A DNA stretch of 63,512 bases, filler included. It is 15 parts of 15 records of this genome, joined end to end, with 100 filler letters (N's around TTAATTAATTAA, not from the genome) between each part and the next. Parts side by side here need not be neighbours in the genome. Positions count along the whole stretch, not along the records: positions 44,900 to 47,906 come from SRR7504441_19766; positions 48,007 to 51,989 come from SRR7504441_19775; positions 52,090 to 55,415 come from SRR7504441_19812; 12 more parts are not named here. One strand, 5' to 3'. This document shows positions 45,954 through 55,515 of the stretch, piece after piece. The position numbers and the translations under genes are program-made. The first letter of the stretch is position 1. Each line of letters begins with the position of its first letter. The notes below the pieces were generated by a model, which was not told where the DNA came from, made no database searches, and saw only the letters and a program-made list of their open reading frames with translations.

Positions 45954-47721
45954 ATGGCCACCGACGAGAAGCAGAGCGATGCGCTGACGTCTTCGCTACC
46001 AACGTCGCTGCCGTCGCCGCAGGCGCTGACAGAGGACCTGGAGCTGATGCGGCTGGAGGGGGGCGAGCCGGCCGGGGAGCCGGCCGAGGCGCCTGCCGGG
46101 TCGGACGACGATGAGCAAGGTTACGAGTCAGATCCGGAGAAGGAGGCCGAACTGATCGTGCTGCTCGAGGGCAAGGTGGCCCGGTACGAGGTGGAGCTCG
46201 GGCTGGGGGCCGAGAAGACGCTCAACAAGGTATTCCAGCTGCTCAACCTGTATATCCAGGTACCCCGCCGGCCCAGGCCGAGGCCCACCCCGGGGGCAGC
46301 ACTACCGGCTGGATGTGATGGACGCCCTGCTGGCACGGGCAGCCGCGCCGGGCCGGCATCGGGCGACGGGCGGGCCAGATAGCCGGCGTGTGCACCGGGC
46401 TGGGTAAGGAGTCGGTATGGTACATCAAGTACATTCAGGCGAGCCGGCAGCCGAACCGGAGGCCAGCCTGGTACAGATGCTCGGCTTCTGCCGCTGGAAG
46501 CAGTACCGGCTCAAGGAGGCGCTCGAGCTATTCCTGGAGCAGGAGACGCTGGTGGGCGACAACTCGATACTCTGTGAGAACATTGGTCACACTTACTCCA
46601 GCATGGGCCAGTACGAGAAGGTGCGAACCAGCGAGCGCCTGATGAGACCTTCCAGGCGTGTGAGACCTTCCAGAAGGGCCTGCGGCTGCTCGGGTCGGAC
46701 GGGGCCCCGGGCCGGCAGGCGGGCTTTCTGTACGGGCTCGCGCTCGCCACCGACAGGCTAGGGAACCCGAATGAGGCTCTGCCTATGCTGTACCAGGCAG
46801 CGAGCCGGCCGGTTTTCAGGCCGAGTGGGGGCAGGCGCTGGACGGTTACAGGAAGGACCGTGTGGACCCGGCCACTGGCCTGCCGGTGGAGAGCTCTATC
46901 CATGCCAAGGTGCTCACAGGCGCTGCTGGGTGGCGCTAGCGATGACAGGTCATGTCCTCGATAGGGCATATGCATGAGAAGACCGGCGACGGGGAGAAGG
47001 CGATAGAGTTCTTTACGGAGGCCGTCCGAGTGTTTCGGAAGACCACGGGGCCTCACATGGTCAGCCCGCTGACGACTACCGCGGTGCGCTCTCCAGAGCG
47101 CCATTTGCTCAAGCCTGTGGCAGATGGGCAACTTGGGCAAGCTGAAACTTCAACGGAACCAGCTGGACGAGGCCCAGCCGCTGCTCAAGGGGGCGCTTGA
47201 GGGCGAGGTTGCCAAGGATTCTTTCCAGGTTGACGACACGTTTACGATGGCCAACCTCGTCAGAGACTTGCACACTCGGCCACCGCTCGACGCTGGCCAG
47301 CCGGTGACGCTTGTGGAGCTGAACGCCACGTTCTCGCAGTACGTCGAGACTCTAGAGAAGGCCGTGGAGCGGTCCGAGCCGTTTATCAAGACCGAGAAGA
47401 GTGGGGATGTGGCTGCTTTGTACAAGACTATAGGAGAGCTGCTGTTGCTTGCTGGTAGCTGGCTGGTGCGGCGACGGAGGCTGAGCGGAGGCAGGTCGGA
47501 AGACGGCGGCCATACAGGTGCTGTCCAAGGCCGTGGCAATCTTCAAGAGCGTCACGGCGGTCGACTGCACCGGGCTGATTGCGGGATGTACACAACTGAT
47601 CACGATTGCGCTCCAGATGTGTGATAAGGAGTCAACCGTGGACGAAGAGGGCCCGGCCTGCTCCTCAAACAGCACCGGACCCGGCGAACCGCCCAGCGCG
47701 CCCAGCCAAGGCCTCGATTGA
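45954..47721 (+). CDS. TPR-repeat protein, 8 introns (3 GC-AG)
   Basis: LCENIGHTYSSMGQYEK, VMSSIGHMHEKTGDGEKAIEFF, MGNLGKLKLQRNQLDEA. Introns 46260-46299, 46339-46378, 46439-46476, 46621-46655, 46797-46834 and three more. Confidence 0.85.
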
Positions 47722-48163
47722 ACTTAGAACCCAGTTCATTCGGCTACACTAACTACCGTATCTGTTGACCGCGTGACCGTAACACTATTAAATCAATAAT
47801 CATGGTATAATCATGGTTAGTTACATGTACTGCACTGGTACGAGTTAGTCTCGGTATTACGGTATTACAGCAGTATTACGGGCTGGACCAACGTACACTG
47901 AGAATCNNNNNNNNNNNNNNNNNNNNNNNNNNNNNNNNNNNNNNNNNNNNTTAATTAATTAANNNNNNNNNNNNNNNNNNNNNNNNNNNNNNNNNNNNNN
48001 NNNNNNAGTTAGATATAAGGTAGATTTGAAATAAATAAATTTTTAATATATATTTGTAATGTTTAAAAACGAAGCTCCATGGGCTCGTACAGAGGGTACG
48101 ACAGTGCATGATCAGTACTTGTCACAATCACCCAGAGCAAAATGTGCATGATACATTACTGGT

Positions 48164-51132
48164 TCAGTCGCTGGTGTCTGTGGACATGACACTTGGGTCC
48201 AAGTGGCACCCAGTATTGAGCTCGTACCGCGCCTGGGTGGCGCCCATCTTGGGCATCGAGAGCGATTTTAACCCCTTCCCGGCTTGCAGTTTGATCTACC
48301 CAGCCATTTATCAGAGGCACGCACCAGCAGGCCAGTCACCTTTTGCCATGGGTGGCCTTCGACAGCAGCGTTGTCCTCAGCAATGCAGTACCCAAACAGA
48401 GTGAGCTGGTCAGGAGTGATCTGGCATGGATCAGGAAGGATCCGCAGATTGGCACAGCTGCCCGGAGCGTAGGCCCACACATCACTATCCGGGCTGAGCT
48501 TGGCGCCTGGAATCACCACCTGTGGCTCTGTATTGGTCTGCACACGTACTGTGGTAACTTCTTTCTCCCCATTGCACCAAAACTCAAACACGACTGTAGC
48601 CTCCTGCGGGGAAAGATTCTGACAGAACACAAAGAGCCGCTCCTGAGTCACCGACTTGTGGATTGAACGCTTCCGCGCTTTCCCCATCCCGACACTGCCT
48701 ATCTTGTCGTGCTCGAGGTCCAGACTCTTGTCCACTTCCTGGTGCACCCGACCACTCCCGTTCTCCGTCCCAATCGCCCGGCCAAGCGTGAGCACCTGTG
48801 GCGCCGCCGGCTTGCCTGACTTGCCCGGGGTGAAGCTGTTGTTTTTTATTTGCGGCTTGGCCTGCTCCTGCACTACCACCTCTGACAACGTGTTGTTCTT
48901 AAACGTATTTGCCTCAATGACCACACCACCGGAGGTCGAGCCCACAATGCACCCAGCCTGCGCGTTCCGACTGACCCGATTCTCGCGTAGGGTGGGGTTG
49001 GAGTCGCCCCAGATCTCGATTCCAGACTGGTTGCCCATGACATGATTCTTCTCCACCATCGAGCCCGTCAAGGCCGCCTTGTTGCTCATTGATATGCCTG
49101 TGCTCTGGTTATGTGAAACAAGGTTCTCGGTGATATTGATCTGAGCCTGGTCGTGGCACGAGACCCCCATCATCTCGTTCTTCTGGACCTTGTTCTGCAC
49201 AATGTTGGCCGTCGCCTGGTCGCGCACCACTATGCCGGACCCTTTGTTCTTGCACACAGTGTTGGACCGCAGCACAGACGAGGCATTCTCATTCAGGACC
49301 ACCCCGGCCAGCTTGTTCTGCGACACCTGATTGTGCTCGATTGTGCCACTCCCGCCGTCGAGCACCACGATCCCCTCGCATTCGTTGGTCTTGAGCTTGT
49401 TCCTCCGCACCATGGGCGAGGCCGCATCCTGGATGATCACGCCCGGTCCACTGTTTGAGAAAACGTGGTTGTCCTCCAGGTGCACCTGCGCAGCTTATCA
49501 GCACCGGCACACCGGGCCGACCCACCCGGCTTTCGTTGCAGACGGCAAGCCCGGCCTCGGCGTTATGTGAAATATTGTTCCGGACAGCGAGCATGTTGCT
49601 GTGCCCAGACATCACAATCCCATGACCAGAGTTATTCCGGACCACGTTGTCCTCGAATTTGCCGCCACTGTCCCCGCTGGCCAGCATCCCCCCAAGCCGG
49701 TTGTCGTTGCAGTGGTTGCCACGCATCATCGGACGGGCAGTCTGCCCTACCGCCACCCCATAGTGGCTGTTGTGCACGGTGCGGTTGTTTTCAAACGAGC
49801 CAAGCGCATCGTCGCCTATGACGATCCCTGCCAGCCGGTTCTTGTTGAAGGTGTTGTTCTTGACTAAAGGGTCTGCGTCCCGCTTGAGAACAAGCCCGCA
49901 CATCTTATGTCCAGTCACATCGTTATTCACAATCACGTCATGCTTGCCCCCGACCACTAGCACGCCGTTCTGCTGACCGGAGTGAATGTAGTTGTTCCGG
50001 ATCAGGCTCTTGTTCGAATCGGTCATGATAAGCGAACCCTGAATGTTACAATCCTCGATCGACGCTTTGTTGGCGTGCGCGAGCCTCACTGATCCCTCGT
50101 CGTTGTCATTCGGCTGCGTGCGAATGTTCATGTTGGCTAGCCGCCCAATGCACATCTCCACATTGGCGTCTACGAATACCGAGTTCCCCACACCGGCCTC
50201 CCCCACGATCTCCACCTCTTTATCGATCCGGAGTGTGCAAGTGTCATGAGAGTTCTCTCTGTACACCCCGGGTGACACGACTATCCGGGTGCCCGGAGCT
50301 GATTGGTCGACTGCTTCCTGTATGCTCTGGTAGTGCACAAGCTCGCCCGGCCCGGCCATCCCGCCGGCCGGGGCCACAAACACCGTCGATATCTCCCGGC
50401 TTGAAGCTCTGTGCCAGTGAGGTCTCTCGTCGTCCGAAGGCGCCGAGTCGGACGCCTGGCCGTCCGAGGAAGCCGAATCGGGCGCCGGTGGCTGGATCAA
50501 CGGCCATCGCTCCTTGTGCTCGGCCTCCTGCTGGTGCCGCCTTTCGAACTCGCTCTTCCAGTTCACTGGGTCGTTATACCTGCCACAGCGCTCAGAGACG
50601 GGGCGCCACCCGTCGCGCACCAGATCCGCCAGAACTTGACGTTGAGGAAGAGATGCCGCCAGAGTGTCGAAGTCTCCGAGAGCACCTTGTACTCCCGGCA
50701 AACCCGGCAGACGCTGGCCAGCTGTTTGGCGCCGAACTGTACCAGGACCAGTCGGACCATGATGTCCCGCGGGATCCACGCCAGCGAGGCCCGGCCATCC
50801 TCGGCGGGCACGCACTCGACCCGCCTCGCGTCCCGGCAGGCTTTGGCTAGCAGCGACTGCGGCGTGTACTGGGTGTTGTTGAGGAGCTTGGGGAGGGGCG
50901 GGGCGGGCGGGACGGCGGGGGGCGGGGCCGACTCCGACTCAACCGCTTCCGAGTTGGGCGGGCGGATGCCCATGCCCATATGCGGGCCGGTAGCCCCGGG
51001 CAGGTACGAGCCGTTGTGCATCGCTATCGACCAATCGGCGCTGAAGGGGGTGGCTGCGGGGCTGCCGGGCCGGCGGACCATCTCGGCCCCGTCGTGCCCG
51101 CCCACGTCGCGGATCATCGACCCCGACTTCAT
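48164..51132 (-). CDS. F-box protein with right-handed beta-helix (PbH1/CASH) repeats, FBXO11-like architecture; ~3 introns
   Basis: F-box IPRDIMVRLV...LASVCRVCREY...LWRHL; YQSIQEAVD...PGVYRE; many N-N-x-G-I repeats. Confidence 0.85.
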
Positions 51133-52130
51133 CGGCCGGTGTGCACGGCCTGTGTAGACATGTGCCGGTGGCAAAGACAGCGCGTATGCCGCCCCATCCT
51201 GGGGGGGAGCCTCTCACGGAGCTGCGTGACACAGCACTGCTTTGCGTTCAGGCTTGGCTCTTCAAGAGCCGTTGATTCGTTCGTGGCAGACGCGTGGCAG
51301 CTGCTGCTGCAGTGATCGCAGTGATTCGTGACCTCTCTGCAACCGAGACACTGGGCGACCTGCGCGCTCTGCAGGGCGGCTGCGCGCTTGTCGGACACCT
51401 CCACGATATGGTGTTAATTATGGCTTATTATGCTGGCCCGGAAGCGCGGGTGATAAAGCCGATTTATTTAAGACCACGGAGCGCGCCGACGTCTTGGTGC
51501 AGTTCTCGGGTGCACCAAGTTGGAAGACTTCGATGTCACTGCGCTCCGCCTACCCGCAACCGGCGGAGCGGTCAGCAGACCTATCGGTCTTATCAAGTTG
51601 AACACGCCTGAGCTCTGCGAGACCTCAAGCCGTTGATTCGGGCCACTGCAAGTGCTGGACGCCAGGGTGCCACGCGGCACGGTAGCGGGGCTGGGTGATG
51701 GCGACGGTGCGCGCACGGCAGCCCGGCTCGAGGAGCCAGCGGGGTGGGGCGCAGGCCGGGCCGGATGAGCTCCCCGGCGAGCTGCGCGTGTGGTCGGACC
51801 CGACGGCGTTCTGGGGCTGGGGCCAGACCGCCGCCCCGCGTCCCCTCACCCAAGGCCGGCTCGAGGTGGTCGCCCTGCCGCCGGGGCCCAGGCAGCCGGA
51901 CAGATATCCAACTTTGCGCTCCGGCTGGTCCCTAGTGACGACAGCCCGCCGCTGATGGTGCGTCGAGCCCCAGGGGGGGGGGGGGGGGGNNNNNNNNNNN
52001 NNNNNNNNNNNNNNNNNNNNNNNNNNNNNNNNNTTAATTAATTAANNNNNNNNNNNNNNNNNNNNNNNNNNNNNNNNNNNNNNNNNNNNCGAGTGCGAGC
52101 TCCGGCTCCAGACCGACGAAGAAGACCGGC

Positions 52131-52184
52131 ATGCAAATCTTTGTCCAGGGTGACCGTCTTGTCGGTGAGTGTCTTCACAAAAGT
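52131..52184. pseudogene. Internally inverted ubiquitin 5' fragment
   Basis: Plus strand reads MQIFV; the same stretch on the minus strand reads FVKTLTDKTVTLD. Confidence 0.8.
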
Positions 52185-52196
52185 GGGACCCCCAGC

Positions 52197-52812
52197 ATGG
52201 CAGCTGTGGACAGTGACGAGGACGAGGACGAGGACTTGGCGATGTTCCTCGTGCGCCCGCGGGAGCAGTTTGCAGCCACACTGGGGAAGATGATAGCAGC
52301 CGCGGAGGCCGAGGTGGGCGCGGCGCCGGCACCAAACTCGGCGGAGTCGCGCACCGGACTGGACTGCGCGGCTGGCCCCGGCCTCGACGCGGCCCGGGGC
52401 ACCTCTGACCTGCACATGCTGAGCAGTCACGGTTACACTGCGCTCATGCAGGCGCGTGCACCACCGGGCTGCGCGGGACCCGGCCGGGACAGGAGGCGAT
52501 GCGGGGGCGGGCGCCGGAGGTGGCGGGGCTGCTGGAGCGGGGCGCGGCGCTGGAAGCCAAGGACGCCGAGGGGTAGTGGAGAGCGCGAGCAAGCCGCGCC
52601 GCGCCCGGGCAGGCGGGACAGCTCCTTTCTTCAGCCTGGAGCTTGCCGAAGTGGACGCGCAGCTGGAGGTTGAGATACGGACCGCCCGACTGGTGCGGTC
52701 GAGGCTCGGGGAGGGCCGATCTAGGGCAGAAAATCCTGGAGGGCAAGTTTCACCGGCTCTTGCAGAAGCTGCTAGCCGAGGAGAGGCGGGATCGCTCGCG
52801 GGAGATGCGTAG
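52197..52812 (+). CDS. Short ankyrin-repeat protein, 2 introns (first GC-AG 52452-52492)
   Basis: HGYTALMQ|EAMRGRAPEVAGLLERGAALEAKDAEG|GTA. Confidence 0.6.
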
Positions 52813-53365
52813 GGCGCTGCGGTGCGCGGGCAGGCGGAGGTCAGGTCGAGGCGGGGGGGCAGGTTTGTGGTTGCGGAGCACAAGTTTAGCGGAGGAGTGG
52901 TCAATACCCAAATCTCGCTAGGGTTGGAGCACCTCGTGAGATAGCAACAATAACCATGAATAACTATCTTCAGGACTAGGTACGATAAATAGAGTGCGTT
53001 TTTATAGGGCGCGAACTATATATAGCGCGAATGGGGTTAGACTCCGCGTTCTTCTTCATGGATTCAATGTCGAATCAGATTTCAACGGCATCGTGCACCA
53101 TTGTGTCGTGGCTTGCCCAAAAACTTGGAGTCGAAGATCAATTACTCGAGAACGCACAGTGACCACACCCGTACTTATCAAGCTTACATGCATATGATTG
53201 TGCAGTATACCGTACATCACAATTTCTTTAGAGCACGACAATCAATTGCAATTGATGTTCGTTCACCGATTGATCATGACGATACATTGGCCCTGGAGAG
53301 GATCAATAAAGGCATGCTAAATATCTGAAACGTGTAACGCTGTGTATGGACAAGTATCAGATTTA

Positions 53366-54064
53366 TTAGATGGGCCTTGATCTGTAGTGCAAGCGTGTGA
53401 TCTTATTTGCGATCCGCTCATGTACCTTGAGCCAATTTACACAATACCAGTTCTCCCTGCCCAAGGCGGCATTTAAGACAGCGCGGACCGGCATTGCGCA
53501 GGCCGCCATGCAACAGAACGCCTCGCCGAAAGCATCGGCCTCAAAAACTAGTCCGGTCGCCACGCACATGCACAGCCCGGCGACGACCGCGTTCGTTCGC
53601 AGATAGTGCAGGTTGCTTGGGTGCAAGTAGCCCGCTAGAAAGCAGGTCCACCAGACCGGCCCACACCACCGCGCATCCATGTTACCCCACCAATTCAGGT
53701 AGCCGGCCGCAGTCTTGACTGTGCACGACCGCTGTATCGCCGCCAGTCCCGGCCAGCAGCCCAGCGTGAGCGCCAGCGACCCTGGCACCAGCAGCCCGGC
53801 GTGCCGCCAGGACCGGATCCAGGGCAGCCAGCTCTGGGCCAGGAGCAGCAGCCCGATCGCCCGGGTGGTCCAAGCGTTGGTGGCTGAGCAGCTGTCCAGC
53901 CCCCCGGTCGCGGCCTGGTCCAACCAGAGCAGCCCGTCGCAGAACTGGACCAGCGAGACCAGCAGGCAGAACAGGCCCATACGGCCGTCCTGCCGGCACT
54001 CCGCGGCCGACGCGGCCAGGCCCACACAGCCCACCGCCACTGCGCTCGGGCCGGACCAGCACAT
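53366..54064 (-). CDS. Intronless multi-TM protein resembling an NCLDV-associated family (DUF5765-like)
   Basis: MCWS start, QFCDGLLW...C..TN..TT...AQ, SCT...YLNWW, FGEAFCC. Confidence 0.55.
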   Translation of the reverse strand: MCWSGPSAVAVGCVGLAASAAECRQDGRMGLFCLLVSLVQFCDGLLWLDQAATGGLDSCSATNAWTTRAIGLLLLAQSWLPWIRSWRHAGLLVPGSLALTLGCWPGLAAIQRSCTVKTAAGYLNWWGNMDARWCGPVWWTCFLAGYLHPSNLHYLRTNAVVAGLCMCVATGLVFEADAFGEAFCCMAACAMPVRAVLNAALGRENWYCVNWLKVHERIANKITRLHYRSRPI

Positions 54065-54159
54065 GGAGTGCCGCACTTTCTTTCCCGCAGGAATGCCACC
54101 GGTCGAGCGTTGTTTGCGCTGCCGTTGGACCGGGTGCAGGCTGCTACAGCTGTACAGCG

Positions 54160-55192
54160 ATGTACGCCACGCTGCTGCTGGTTGCGATCAACTTCGGGCT
54201 GCACCTGGCACGCGGCCACGACCGGACAGCCCAGGCGGAGGGAGACCAGCCCCGGCTGCGGCGGCTGCCCACCTCCGCGCTGGCTTTCACCGGGGTTGCG
54301 CTGGAGGAGGGCAAATGGTGGGTGTGGCTGACGGCCAGTTTTGGGCATGACGGCTGGCCGCACCTACTCAACAACATGGCGATGCTCGCCGGCTGCGCCC
54401 CGGAGCTGGAGCAGCGGGTGGGCGGGCTGTCATTGGTTTTGCTCTACCTGGCCACTGGGGCGGTGCACCCCCGGCCCCAATGCTGCCTCACCATGGGCGG
54501 CCAGGCCGGCTGGGGGCTGACATATCTCAACAACCGGTACAGGGCCGGGGACCCGGCGGCGCTCGGGATGTCCCGTCTGGAGCTCTGGCAGGCGATGGCG
54601 AAATGGAGCGAGAGCATTGGGTCCAGCCCTGCTACCTACGGACTAGGGGTGGTGGCCGCCTCACTCATACCCGCGGTCCCCATAGGCTCGGGGCTCGGCG
54701 GGTGGCTCTGGCTGGCTGCTGTTGTGCTCTCAAACCTGGTGTTTGCGCCAAAGTATGGGCTGCAGCTGGTCGACAGCGAGGCGGGAGTCAACCGGAGAGC
54801 GGCCGGGGTCGTGCTGACAGCTTTTTCCCTGGCCGTGTTATTGGAAGCCACGGCGCCCGCGGTCACAGCTGCTGGTTGGCTGGTGCTCTATCTGTCCAAG
54901 ACGTTCGCGCTCACTGCAGTCGACCATCTGCGTCAGGGCAGCCACGTACCTCCGGTGGGTAGCTGTTACCCCGGGGCTAAGCCAGCGGCAGGATAACAGC
55001 TGCCACCTAGGCGGGGCGGTGAGTGGGTATCTGCTGTCTGCCTGGTGGGTGCTGGCCCAGCCGGACGCGCAATGCTGTACTGTGCTCAACATGGCAGCGG
55101 TGTGGAGCAGCAACACGGCGCTTTGTGTGGCCCGGCTGTCCACTTGGGGCTGCATTGCGTACTTGTGGGTCAGGTTTGTCACGGACTGGTAG
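54160..55192 (+). CDS. Rhomboid-family intramembrane protease; introns 54463-54504 and 54955-54991
   Basis: WWVWLTASFGHDGWPHLLNNM, IGSSPA (GxS), DNSCHLGGA. Confidence 0.85.
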
Positions 55193-55515
55193 CGACACGG
55201 GGTTATTCCAACATAGTCTACAACCACGCTGATTCATGATGATTATATAATTACAATGCACCGTGTGCATGATGAGAACTACAACTATATTGACCCCGGC
55301 CCGCCAACGGCGCCGAGCCCGGCCAAGGCTCCCCCCTCTAGTATAACCCTCTAGGGCGTCCAGGGCTGTGGGGGTGGCCGCTCGTGGGGTCGTTCCCGGG
55401 GATAGTCGCCGCTCGNNNNNNNNNNNNNNNNNNNNNNNNNNNNNNNNNNNNNNNNNNNNTTAATTAATTAANNNNNNNNNNNNNNNNNNNNNNNNNNNNN
55501 NNNNNNNNNNNNNNN

